Below, in pieces: positions 1-10,344 of a DNA stretch of 64,000 nt. The notes under the pieces are model-generated. The model made no database searches, had not been told where the DNA came from, and saw only the letters and a list, made by a program, of their open reading frames with translations. The stretch is from positions 192,001 through 256,000 of the forward strand of contig CAWJZV010000046.1 of the NCBI GenBank assembly GCA_963847445.1. The letters are read 5' to 3'. The number at the start of each line of letters is the position of its first letter. Position 1 is the first letter of the stretch. Made by a program: the position numbers and the translations under genes. The stretch comes from an uncultured delta proteobacterium (GTDB lineage: Bacteria > Desulfobacterota > Binatia > UBA9968).

Positions 1-1621
1 CGTGCACGATCCGGCCATGCAGCATCGCCGAGCCCCAGCCGCTGTGCAACCGGCCACCGCGGTCGAGGGTTGCCGCTGTCGGCTCGCCGTCGGTGATCAA
101 TATAATCTGCCGATTGGCACTGCGATTCGAGCCCAACAGCTGGCGCGCGTAGCGCAGGGCTTCTTTGATGTCCGTGCCATGCTCCATGAAATAGGTGAGC
201 GAAACGATGGACGGCAGATCTTCGGCTTGAATCAACTTGGCATTGGAACGAAATGCCACCAGGTGGAGCGTGTCCTGGGGATATTTCGTCTGGATCAGGC
301 GATGCAGCGCCAGGGCGACTTTCTTGCCAGCGTGGAGCGCGTCGTTCATCAGCATCGAGTAGCTCACGTCGATCAACAAGGCGGTCTCGGCGACAGTCGA
401 ATACTCGACCCGGTGCACGGAGAAATCTTCCGGGTGAATTCTCAGCGGATCGCCTGGCTTGCGTCTCTCTAACGCGTTGAGCACCGTCTCGCTGATATTG
501 ATGTTCATCGGATCGCCATACTCGTAGAGCTTGGTTTCTTCCATGTGCTCGCCCTGGGAGCCGCGCGCGGCAGTGTCATGATTGCCCCAGCGGCTTTTGT
601 TGAGCATCTGAAAGATTTCGCGAAGCGCCTTATCGCCGATCTTGCGCATGCCCTTGGCGGTCAGCTTTAGGCCGTGGCTGCCGCGAACGATAAAGCCTTC
701 CTCTTCGAGCATCTGCTCGACATTTTGCAAATATTTTAGATTCTCGTAAGCTTCTTCGCCGAGGATCTCGCGCAGCTCGTCGAGATTCAAATCCGATGGA
801 TCGCCCATGCCGCGCTGGCCCCAGCGCAGAAAGCGTTCCAGGCCGCGCAACTGGCTCAACACCTGCCCGGCCTCGCCCATGCCCATGCGCTGGGAGCCCT
901 GGAACGGGAACTGGTTCATCAACTGTTCCAACTGCTGCATCTGATTCATCATGTCGCTCATCTGCTGCAGCTGTTCCTCGGTCATGTTGCTCATGTTTTC
1001 CAACATGCTTTCGAGGTTGTTGATGGCGTTGTCCATCATGCTCGGCAAGTTTTTGAGAAAGTCCTCGTTGTTCAACAGCTCGCTCATGCGGTCGAGCATG
1101 TCCATCAGCGACTGCGGATTCTGCTCGCCGCTCATGTTCGGCTTGCCTTGCATGCCGCGTTCTTGGATCTGCTGCTTCAAGCGTTGCTGCAGCTCCTGGT
1201 AGCGCTGGTAAGCCTGCTGCATTTTTTCGCCGAGTTCGTCCATGCGGTCGGCGAACTTGCCGGACATGCGCTCCATGAAGTTGCGCATCTGCTCGTTGTA
1301 GGCTTCCATCTTCTCGGCCAGGTTGCTGAGCTTTTCACTGAGCTTTTGCTGTTCTTCAGGGGTCAGTTTGAAAGAGTCGGGGGAGTACTTGTTGAGCAGC
1401 TCGCGGCGCTTCTCATCGGCCTGGCGCAGGAAATCGCGCATGCCTTTGACCGAGCGCTGGCCGTCTTCGGAGGTAAAGCCCCGCCGCATCATGTCGCGCA
1501 AGGCGCGGCGCACGCCCTCTTCCTCCAACAGATGGTCGGAGAGCTGGTTGATGATGTCGTCGGTCGTGGGAAAGAGAATTTCCTGCGTGCCATCCCACTG
1601 GGTGTAACGATGGATTCTCAT
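1..1621 (-). CDS. VWA domain-containing protein (long helical N-terminus, C-terminal von Willebrand A domain); 3' end runs off the window
   Basis: Manual minus-strand translation: starts MRIHRYTQWDGTQEILFPTTDDIINQLSDHLL at 1621; near the window start reads LLIDVSYSM (MIDAS DxSxS), GTDIKEAL and IILITDGEP. Absent from the ORF track because no stop lies inside the window. Confidence 0.85.
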   Translation of the reverse strand, partial: MRIHRYTQWDGTQEILFPTTDDIINQLSDHLLEEEGVRRALRDMMRRGFTSEDGQRSVKGMRDFLRQADEKRRELLNKYSPDSFKLTPEEQQKLSEKLSNLAEKMEAYNEQMRNFMERMSGKFADRMDELGEKMQQAYQRYQELQQRLKQQIQERGMQGKPNMSGEQNPQSLMDMLDRMSELLNNEDFLKNLPSMMDNAINNLESMLENMSNMTEEQLQQMSDMMNQMQQLEQLMNQFPFQGSQRMGMGEAGQVLSQLRGLERFLRWGQRGMGDPSDLNLDELREILGEEAYENLKYLQNVEQMLEEEGFIVRGSHGLKLTAKGMRKIGDKALREIFQMLNKSRWGNHDTAARGSQGEHMEETKLYEYGDPMNINISETVLNALERRKPGDPLRIHPEDFSVHRVEYSTVAETALLIDVSYSMLMNDALHAGKKVALALHRLIQTKYPQDTLHLVAFRSNAKLIQAEDLPSIVSLTYFMEHGTDIKEALRYARQLLGSNRSANRQIILITDGEPTAATLDRGGRLHSGWGSAMLHGRIVH

Positions 1622-1769
1622 TTGCGTTGGACTATAGCGCAGTTCCTGCTCGTTTCAAACCCAAAATATTGCCGTCGCCCTGGACCCCGAGGAGGCCGCG
1701 AAAACTCCGACGCTAACCCTTTGGAAATGGCGCGAACTTCGTATAGAAATTAGAGGGCGGCCAATTACC

Positions 1770-2895
1770 ATGAAACATTTTGCTTACGTCATTGTCGGCG
1801 CCGGTTTCGCCGGCGCCGCCACCGCTTATCATTTGGCTCGCCAGGGGGTTGCCGATGTCCTGGTTTTGGAACAGGAAAGCATCCCGGGATTTCACGCTTC
1901 AGGACGCAATGCGGCGATGCTGCGCCAGTGTATCGCCGAGCCCGACCTGACCAAGTTGGCGCTCGATGGCGCGGCATTTATCCGCAACCTGCCGGCGGAT
2001 TGGCCGGAGCCGGTGCTATTCAAGAACAACGGCTCGTTATTACTCGGCAGCGGCGCCGGCTGGGAGAAGCTCAAACGAGACGGCGAGATTGGCCGGAGTG
2101 TCGGCGTTCCCGGCATCGCCGAGTGGTCGCCGGAACAAGCGATCGGCCATGTGCCGGTGCTCAAAGAGGCTGAGTTCGACGGCGCCCTGTGGTGCGCCAG
2201 CGACGGCGTCGTCGACATTCATGCGCTCTTGTCTGGTTATCTAAAGTTCGCCGCCAGCCGGGGCGCGCAGATTCGCTACAATGCCGCGGTACGGGCGGTG
2301 CGCGCGCGTCAGGGCGCGGATATCGAGTTGGAAACCGCCGAGGGCGTCGTCAGTTGCAAGGTCTTAGTCAATGCCAGCGGCGCCTGGGCGAACGTCGTCG
2401 CTGCAGTTGGCCGGCGCGCGGCCACTGCCGTTGCGCGCCTGCCGGCGCCATTTGTTTGTCTCGCCGCCGCTGGCGTGGGTCGATCGCAGTTGGCCGTTTG
2501 TCTGGGACGTCACCCATGATATCTATTTTCGCCCGGAGGGTGACGGCTTGCTGCTCTGTGCTTGCGACCAGACCGAATTAGCGCCGGGCGATCCGCCGGT
2601 GGATGAAAGCGTTAAAGAAATGCTCGCCGAGAAAATCCAGCGCCATATGCCGGGCCTGTCCGAAGTCTCCATCAGCCGGGGCTGGGCCGGATTGCGCACG
2701 CTGACTCCGGATGGCCGCTTCGTTATTGGCTGGGACGCGCAAGTCGATGGTCTGTTCTGGGTCGCCGGCCTCGGCGGTCATGGCATGACGACCAGCGCGG
2801 CGGTGGGTGAGTTGGCGGCGACGTTGCTGGTTGGCGGGCCGGGCCAGCGTTCGGCGCCGTTTGCGCCGGAGCGATTCGATGAAGAATTGGCGTAA
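1770..2895 (+). CDS. FAD-dependent oxidoreductase, DAO/glycine oxidase family (one frameshift near 2405)
   Basis: GAGFAG Rossmann motif, HASGRNAA, and C-terminal WAGLRTLTPDG...GLGGHGMTT; ORFs 1770-2519 and 2371-2895 join. Confidence 0.88.
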
Positions 2896-2921
2896 TGGAG
2901 TGGTGCAGTAATGGAGTACTG
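2893..2921. repeat. TGGAGTRN-type short tandem repeat overlapping the start of the downstream gene
   Basis: taatggagtggtgcagtaatggagtactgg; same unit at 4775-4800 and 44972-45063. Confidence 0.6.
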
Positions 2922-3858
2922 GAGAAGATCAAGTCAGTCGGTCATTGTCCTGGTGGCGCTGCTTGCCGCCGTTTCGCTGGGCGAGGCGGCGCAACCGACC
3001 AAAGTGCGCATGTCCTACTCGAGCCGGAGTAACTCGAACACGCCGTTTGTCATCGCCTATCGCAAGGGCTTCTTTGCCGAGGAGGGGATGGACGTGGAGA
3101 TGATCCAAGTCAATCCGCGGCTTGGCGCCACCGCGTTGCTAAATGGCGATATCGATTTTACCGCAACCTTCGGCAGCACGTTGCGCGGCATTGTCGGCGG
3201 CTTTCCGATCAAGTTTGTCGCCGTGTCGGTGAAAAAGTCCGAACACTTTTTGATCGTCAGGCCGGAGATCAAAGAAATTCGCGATCTCAACGGCAAGAAA
3301 CTCGGCGTGGCGACGCTGTTCGGTTCGGATCAAAAAGCCGCCGAAGAAATGATCCGCGCCAAAGGTTTTTCCCCGAACATGATCAAGCCGATCACGCTCG
3401 GCGAAGCGCCGGTGCGGGCGCAGGCGCTGCGCTCGGGGTTGGTCGATGCGATCTCGGTTTCCTCGCCCTTCGATTTGAGCCTGCAAACCGAGGGCTTTCG
3501 CGCCTTGGCCGGGCCCAAGGATATCGAAATCGCCTTGCCGACTTCCGGCATCGCGGTCGCCACCCGCTTGCTGCAACAGAATCCCCAGCATGTCAAACGA
3601 GTGGTGCGGGCGTTGATGAAGGCGCACCGTTTCGTTTTCGACAATCGCAAAGAAGTGGTGCCGCAGATGATCCGTTATCTGGAGCAGAGCCCTGAGGTGG
3701 CCGAACGGTCCTACGATCTCATCGTCAACTCGCTCAGCCGCAACGGCGAGATCACCGATCATGAGTGGGAAGTGCTGACCGAGAAAAAGAAGACGGCGGA
3801 TGAGGTGCGCGACTTCACGCTGCTGCGCGAAGTGCAGAAGGAATTGAAGATTCGTTGA
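2911..3858 (+). CDS. ABC-type substrate-binding protein, NMT1/THI5/SsuA-like
   Basis: Signal peptide (VIVLVALLAAVSLGEAA), KGFFAEEGMDVE, ALLNGDID and DLNGKKLGV motifs. Confidence 0.88.
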   Translation: MEYWRRSSQSVIVLVALLAAVSLGEAAQPTKVRMSYSSRSNSNTPFVIAYRKGFFAEEGMDVEMIQVNPRLGATALLNGDIDFTATFGSTLRGIVGGFPIKFVAVSVKKSEHFLIVRPEIKEIRDLNGKKLGVATLFGSDQKAAEEMIRAKGFSPNMIKPITLGEAPVRAQALRSGLVDAISVSSPFDLSLQTEGFRALAGPKDIEIALPTSGIAVATRLLQQNPQHVKRVVRALMKAHRFVFDNRKEVVPQMIRYLEQSPEVAERSYDLIVNSLSRNGEITDHEWEVLTEKKKTADEVRDFTLLREVQKELKIR

Positions 3859-3987
3859 CGGATACGCCAAGCGTTGGGCCGTCGATTCGAGCGCACGCGG
3901 GAAGCCAGGGGACGAATCATTAAGCAACCTGACGCGATTATTTCCAATGCGATTGTCCCGAGGCGTTAACTAGCGACGAGGTGAGCC

Positions 3988-4766
3988 ATGACTATCAATA
4001 TCGAACGAGGCAAGAAGTATTCGACGCAGGAAGCCAAGGCGATCGTCGATGGACTCTATGCCAAAGTGCGCGAGCGCTGGGAGACGCGGGTCAATCAAAA
4101 GCCGTTCATGCAGCAGTTGATGGCCGGCAAGCTGCCGCATCAAAACCTTGCAGCTGTTTTTTCGCAACTGGGGCGCGTACACCATCGAGATCAACACGCT
4201 GACCGCTTGCACCTACCATCGCAATATTACCTTTCTCAAAGTGAACCGCGATCTGATGGGGCCGATCGGCGAGAAGATCGCCGACGAGTTTATTCATCCC
4301 AAGCCGCCGGGCCATTTTCTCGTCATGATGGAAACGGCGAAAGCCTTGGGTCTCAGCGAAGACGAAGTTTTCACCTCCTCGATGCTGTCGGAGTTTCGCG
4401 GCAAGATCGATTTCATGCGCAGCATCGTCTACGAGGGTTCGGCGGCGGAGTGGTACTCCGCGGTGACGACCGAGGAGCAGATCGGCCACTGGTCGGCGGC
4501 CTGTTACCAAGGCGCTGACCACTCACTATGGTTTTGACCGCGCCAAAGCCACTTACTTCGCCACCCATGTCGAAGCCGACTTGGAAGAACATGAAGAAGG
4601 CGTCATGGGCCACGCGAGCTTCAACCGCATGGCGTTGCAGCGGCTGCTCGAAACCGGCATGGCGGAAGAGCGGCCGACCTATGGTTTGGAATACTGCGCC
4701 ATGACTTCGGTGGACCTGCACGGCGCGATGCTGCGGGCGGCGATGGAAGAAGCGGAGCGGGGGTAG
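3988..4766 (+). CDS. Heme-oxygenase-like diiron protein, PqqC/CADD/TenA-like (two frameshifts)
   Basis: Joined frames give PFMQQLMAGKL, IADEFIHPKPPGHF, TTEEQ and YFATHVEADLEEH, resembling the CADD E..H/E/HxxxDxxH ligand pattern. Confidence 0.75.
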
Positions 4767-4822
4767 GTATGATCGGAGTAATGGAGTGTTGGAATTTTGG
4801 CGTGACGTGAAGCGGATGATTC

Positions 4823-4898
4823 ACCACGAAGGCACGAAGGACACGAAGGGGTCGGATAATTATTATTCCGAACTTCGTGCTCTTCGTGCCTTCGTGGT
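4823..4898. repeat. CACGAAG-unit inverted-repeat element (REP/MITE-like)
   Basis: accacgaaggcacgaaggacacgaagg ... cttcgtgctcttcgtgccttcgtggt; second copy at 52644-52721. Confidence 0.8.
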
Positions 4899-4933
4899 AA
4901 AATAATCTTTCCAAACCATGTCGGAGGTTGCTT

Positions 4934-5863
4934 ATGACCGAACAAATTAGAGGGATCGTGTTACCGAGTCCGACGGTGTTTCGCGAGGATGGCAGGATCG
5001 ATGAGCCGCTCATGCGCGAGCTGACCGATTGGTTTGTCGCCAGCGGCGTGCAGGCGTTTTTTATTCTTGGCTCTTACGGCCAGGGGGCAGCGATGCATCC
5101 GGAGGAGCGCAAGAAACGTCGCCGAGATCGTGGTCCAACAAGTGAAGCATCGGGTGCCGGTGGTGGTGCATGTCGGCGCGGTCGATCCTTATACCGCCAT
5201 CGATCTCGGCCAGCATGCCAAGGCGATCGGCGCCGAGGCGATCGGCCATGTCGGGCCGTACTATTACGCTGACCGCTCGGAGTACGAGATTATCGAGCAT
5301 ATTGAAAATGGTCGATCGCGCCGTTGGCATGCCCATGCTGATCTACAACAACCCGCGCTATTCCGGCTATAACATTCAGCCCAACTTCATGGCGCGTCTG
5401 GTCGAAGCGGTGCCAAATATCTTCGGCGCCAAGCTGGCGATGGGCAGCGTCGACGAAGCGATGGCTTATATGAAGGCTGGTCAAGGCGCCTTTCGCGCCC
5501 TACGCATTGGCGAGCAACTTGGTTTCAGCGATGTCGGTGGGTGTCGCCGGAACCATCAGTCCGCCTTTGGCGGTGACGCCGGAAATCGGCGTCGAGTTGG
5601 TCCGCGCCATCGATGCCGGCGACGCCGGGCGCGCTCTGGCGTTGCAGAAAGATGTGATCCGGATTCACGATATTTTTCTGCGCTTGGCCGGTCCATTCGG
5701 CCGGACTATCTATCGCGAAGCGATGCGGCTGCGCGGTTTCGACGTGAAAATGTATCCGCGTTGGCCGTCCAAGCCGCTCAGCCGCGACGCCTACGACGAG
5801 CTGCGCGACTTGTTCACCGAACTGAAAATTATCGCCGTGGCCGGTCAAGTGAGGAGTGCGTAG
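4934..5863 (+). CDS. Dihydrodipicolinate synthase/N-acetylneuraminate lyase family class I aldolase (frameshifted)
   Basis: PTVFREDGRID, LGSYGQG (variant of GxxGE), LIYNNP (Tyr) and FGAKLA (Schiff-base Lys) across ORFs 4928, 5034, 5170 and 5507. Confidence 0.82.
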
Positions 5864-5869
5864 GACGGC

Positions 5870-6818
5870 ATGAAGATGACAGCGTACTGCTTGGGATCGT
5901 CACAATTTTCAGTTTTGGCTTCGCTTGCCGGCTCCGCCGCCCGCGCTGAGGAGCGTGTGCGGGTCGCGTTGTCGGTGCGCAACGTGGTCTTCCTGCCATT
6001 CTATTACGCCAAAGCGCTGCGAATCTACGATAAATATGGCCTCAATGTCGAGCTGATTCAGATGCGCAGCGACTTGCAGTTGGCCGGTCTGGTTTCAGGC
6101 GAGATCGATTACACGCCATCGGTGGGACCGGCGGGCACGGCGATCGCCAACTCGTTGCCGATAAAAGCGCTTGGCGATTCTATACCGCGCGCCACTGTTT
6201 TCTCTCGTCAGCCCGGCGGGCATCGCCAACATGAAAGAGTTGGAAGGCAAGAAAGTCGCGGTGTCGCGCATCGGTTCGGAGAGCCATCGCTACGGCTCGC
6301 TGATGATCGAAAGCGCCGGCGCCGATCCCAAGAAGGTGACGTTCATTCAAACCGGCAGCACGTCGATCAGTCTGGCGGCGATCCAGCAGGGAACCGTCAA
6401 CGCGGCGGTGTTGAGTCCGCCGTTTACCGGCATGATGGCGGAGAAAGGTTATAAAATTCTCGCGCGCAGCCGGTCGCTGGCGGAAGCGCCATGGCTCGGT
6501 CTGGTCGCCAACCGCCAGAAGATCGAGAAGCAGCCGGAGCAGGTGCGCAATATGCTGCGCTCCATGCGCGATGTCGTGGCGGCGATGCGCCGTGACCGCG
6601 CCGGTGTGATCGCTCATATCGAGAAGGATTTCAAAGTAAGCACCGCCAACGCCACTGAATCCTACGAGGACATCATGGGCGTGACCATGGATAACTTGAC
6701 CCTGCGCGACGAGCAGATCCAAAAGTATCTCGACAACTCACTCGCCCGCGGCGAAATCGCCAAGCGGCTGACGGTTAATGAAATGTTCGATTTCTCGCTG
6801 TTGCGCAGCTTGAAATAG
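5870..6818 (+). CDS. ABC-type substrate-binding protein, NMT1/SsuA-like (frameshifted)
   Basis: KYGLNVELIQM, GLVSGEIDY and ELEGKKVAVSRIGS; ORFs 5870 and 6171 join. Confidence 0.82.
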
Positions 6819-6851
6819 GTTTTCGATGAATTCTGCCAAAAGGATAAACAC

Positions 6852-7799
6852 ATGTCTGACCAACCGATTCTTTCTCTCGCCGCCGGTTATCACCTGCGCG
6901 CCAAGGCGTTGTGCGATGGCCGGGTGCGGGCTCAAGAGCTTCGAGCTGCGCGCCATCGCTTACGAAAACGATGGCTTGGGCCACGACGAGTTCATGGCCG
7001 GCAAGTTCGACGCCGGCGAGTTCTCCCTGGCAATGTATCTGGCGCTCAAGAGCCGTGACGCGCCGTATATGGCGATCCCGGTTTTCCCTAATCGCAAATT
7101 TCGCCAGTCCTATATTTTCGTGCCCGAGGGTTCGCCGCTGACCGGGGCGAAGCAGCTCGAGGGCAAGAAGGTTGGCATTCCCAGTTGGCTCAACACTGCC
7201 GGACTTATGGGCGCGTGGCATCTTGAGCGATGAGTACGGCGTCAAGCCGGCGGATATTCACTGGGTAATGCCACGCAAAAACAAAGTTGATGTGACGTTG
7301 CCGGCGGGGACGCGGCTCGATGTTGTGGCCAGCGACGAATCCTTGGCGGCGCGCATGCTCAAAGGCGAATTCGACGCGATCATCGTGCCCGACTTTCCCG
7401 AGGAGCGAGGCTGGCGTCGTTTGCTCGCCGATTCCAAAGCCGTCGAACAGGATTTCTTTCGCCGTACGGCCATCTTTCCGACCAGCCATGCGATCACTTT
7501 TCACGCGGCCTATCTGGAGAAACACCCCGGCGCGGCGCAAGAAATGTTCGAGGCTTGTGTCGCGGCCAAGAATCTGGCGCTGCGCGACGACGCCGATGCG
7601 ACCTATTCGAACTTCGTCTGGAATCGCCAGGTGTGGGAAGAGCAGCGCGCGGTAATGGGGGCCGATCCTTGGAAGTTTGGTATCAAGCATAACGAGAAGG
7701 TGTTGAACACCATGGTGCGCTACGCCGGGGAACAAGGGTTGTTGGCGAAGACCGGTGACGTTCGATGATCTGTTCATTCGGATCGATGAAGCCAATTGA
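6852..7799 (+). CDS. 4,5-dihydroxyphthalate decarboxylase-like / PBP2-fold substrate-binding protein (frameshifted)
   Basis: ALCDGRV, FDAGEFSLAMY, AIPVFPNRKFRQSYIFV, LEGKKVG, WARGILSDEYGV, IFPTSH and MGADPWKFGI, all typical of this family; no signal peptide. Confidence 0.75.
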
Positions 7800-7811
7800 A
7801 AGTATTCTAAT

Positions 7812-7886
7812 CCTCGCTCGCTTGCGGGAAGGGTGGGGTGTTGAATACCCCCTCATCCTAGCCTTCTCCCGCAAGGGGAGAAGGGA
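7812..7886. repeat. REP-like palindromic element
   Basis: cttgcgggaagggtgggg ... cccctcatcctagccttctcccgcaagggga gaaggg, with nested inverted repeats. Confidence 0.65.
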
Positions 7887-7949
7887 CAAGAAGCGTTGCG
7901 AACGTTCGGCAACTAGCTAAAGTTCTCTTCTAGAAGTTCAAATCTCATC

Positions 7950-9421
7950 ATGGCGATCACGACACATGAGCATGGCGGCCACGGCGATCATGGGCATGAT
8001 CATGAGGGCGCGGTGGGGCCGCATACCCACTTGACCAGCGTCGGCATCGATATCGGCTCGTCGACCTCGCACCTGATGTTTTCTCAGTTGCTGATCGGTT
8101 ACCCGTCGGTGTTGCAGCGCAAACCGTTGGTGCTGGAGCGCAAGGTGATCGCGCGCTCGCCGATCCTGCTGACGCCATTTTCCGGTGACTGGAATATCGA
8201 GGCGGGTCCGCTTACGAGAATTGATCGAGGCGACATTCGCGGCCGCGGGACTCGGTCGGAACGATATCGATACCGGCGCGGTGATTATCACCGGCGAGGC
8301 CGCGCGCCGCGACAACGCGGCGAAGATCGCCGAGTTGTTCGCCGATGAGACCGGCAAATTTGTTTGCGCCACCGCGGGGCCGACCTTGGAAACCATCATG
8401 GCGGCCCATGGCTCGGGAGCGGTGCGGCAAAGCCGCGAGCAGGGGCTCACGCTGCTTAATATCGATGTCGGCGGCGGCACGACCAAGATCAGCGTCATCG
8501 AAGCGGGTCGGATTCGCAGTACTGCGGCGGTTAACATCGGCGCGCGCTTGGTGGCGTATAACGGCGCCGACGAGATCGTGCGTTTGGAGAAGGGCGGGCG
8601 GCGCTTTCTTGCTGACCTCGGTGAAAATCTCGACTACGGCGCTCGCATGCCGGGCGAATTGCGAATGCGTTTGGCCAACCGGATGGCGCGGGCCTTGTTC
8701 GATGCAATCGCCAGCGGCATGCAGCCTTGGGATGACTTTTACGTTACCGCGGGATTGGGCGTGCTGCCGAAAATTGACAGGAATTCTCTTCTCCGGCGGC
8801 GTGTCCGAGTATATTTATTCCCGTGAAAGCGCTTCCTTCGGCGATCTTGGGCCGTTTCTCGGGCGCGCCATTCGCTGCGAAGCGGAAGCGCGCGGGTTCG
8901 ATATTCTCGATGCCGGTGAAGGCATTCGCGCCACGGTTATCGGCGCCTCGCAATACACGGTACAGTTGAGCGGCGAGACGATCTTCGTTCCTGACAGCCT
9001 CCAACTGCCGGTGCGTAACCTACGCGTATTTGTCGTGCACTGCGATTGGTCGGCGCCGGTTACGGAGCGGATTGAAAAAGCGGTTGCGCAACTGCTTGGC
9101 GAGCGTGACCCGGAAGTGCGCGGCTCGCCTTTCGCTCTGGCATTTTCGACGCCGCCGTTTGTCGGCTATGGCGCGGCGCAAGATATGGCCAGGGGCATCG
9201 ATGCGGCATTTGCACGGTTGGCCGCTGACGACCGTCCGGTCGCCTTGGTCTTCGGCCAAAACGTCGGCCAGGTGATCGGCGGCATGCTGTCGGCCAAATG
9301 GAACATGCCCTGCATCGACGAAGTGACACTGTCCGAGTTGGATTTCATCGATGTCGGCGCGGTGGTGCCGGAAGAGGGTTTCGTTCCGGTGGTGATCAAG
9401 AGCTTGGCGTTCGGTGTGTGA
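7950..9421 (+). CDS. eutA: EutA-like reactivating-factor ATPase (ASKHA fold) with His-rich N-terminus (two frameshifts)
   Basis: SVGIDIGSSTSH, AVIITGEAARRDNA, FVCATAGPTLETIMAAHGSGA, NIDVGGGTT, FSGGVSE, IRATVIGAS and C-terminal VPVVIKSLAF; N-terminal HEHGGHGDHGHDHE. Homolog only, since no eutBC is present. Confidence 0.85.
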
Positions 9422-9595
9422 CAGTTCAACCCTGGAGCTGGTTGGACAGTGCAAACTTGCATGTGTTAAGAACTGAAGGCGAAAAGGAACTTAACCACAA
9501 AGCGCCTAGATCACAGAGTAGGGCCGGTCGCGACCGGCCCGGCTCGAAATCGAAAATATGTCACAAATAACGCAAAGAAGAATCGGGAGTGATAA

Positions 9596-10312
9596 ATGTC
9601 CGCGGCATCGAATGGCTTAGATAAAATGTGGCGGGAGTTGGTGCGGCTGTGCAACGAGCAGTTCGAATCCCAGCCGTTCAAGCGTTTGCTGAATAGTAAA
9701 TTTAGCAAACGGCAAGCGCAGCATTATTCGATCCAGATGGCATACTATGTGCAGAATCGGCGTGACTGCTGGGGCTATGTGCAGGGTTCGGCGCCCTTGC
9801 CGGTCAAACAAATTGTCTGGCGCCACGAAGAAGACGAGTTGGTCGGTCAGAAGGCCCAGGGCAAAGTGGATCACATCACCCTGGCGATCAAAGAAGGCGA
9901 AGTGTTCGGCTTGAGCGCCGAGGCCTTCGAGAAGACCGCGCGCTTGGATGGCGGCGAAGTCTGTTTCAGCGCCTGGATTCGCCTGGCGCAGAAATCTTGG
10001 CTCGAAGCGATCGCGGCCTCGGCGATCCTGGAAATGCGCAATTCCGGCGAGCTTGTCGAAGGAGGTTCGTTGTCGCACCGCATCGCGGCAATCTTTGAGC
10101 GCGATCTCGGCATTCCGATGAAAAGACAAATCAATAATGCCGAGCATGTGGTGATGGACGTCGAGCATGCCCATCTGTTGATGCAGGTGGCCAAGCTGTA
10201 CGCGACTACGCCGTCGGCGCAAGACGCGATCCTGCGCGGCGCGCGTGAAAGTCTGATGATCGACCGCGTCTATCGCGGCCACTTGGCCGACATGTTGGAA
10301 AGTCTGGACTAA
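9596..10312 (+). CDS. Heme-oxygenase-like diiron (iron-containing redox enzyme, PqqC-like) protein
   Basis: WRHEEDEL...DH, ILEMRN and EHVVMDVEH (HxxxDxxH) metal-ligand pattern; intact ORF. Confidence 0.78.
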   Translation: MSAASNGLDKMWRELVRLCNEQFESQPFKRLLNSKFSKRQAQHYSIQMAYYVQNRRDCWGYVQGSAPLPVKQIVWRHEEDELVGQKAQGKVDHITLAIKEGEVFGLSAEAFEKTARLDGGEVCFSAWIRLAQKSWLEAIAASAILEMRNSGELVEGGSLSHRIAAIFERDLGIPMKRQINNAEHVVMDVEHAHLLMQVAKLYATTPSAQDAILRGARESLMIDRVYRGHLADMLESLD

Positions 10313-10344
10313 CAATTGTGCAGCGGCATACCGATGGAGGAACG

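Noticed and set aside
2-1753. Plus-strand ORFs 2-472, 951-1202 and 1148-1753, and similar long antisense ORFs (20252-21409, 56805-57869, 62524-63597)
   Set aside because: They are shadow frames opposite well-supported genes in GC-rich DNA.
3895-3920. GGGAAGCCAGGGGAC resembling the 3' end of a cobalamin riboswitch
   Set aside because: The upstream core and B12-box elements are missing and the intergenic space is too short.
4535-4537. TGA ending ORF 4148-4537 as a second selenocysteine codon
   Set aside because: It lies in the wrong frame after an indel near 4508; the corrected frame reads YGFDRAKATYF.
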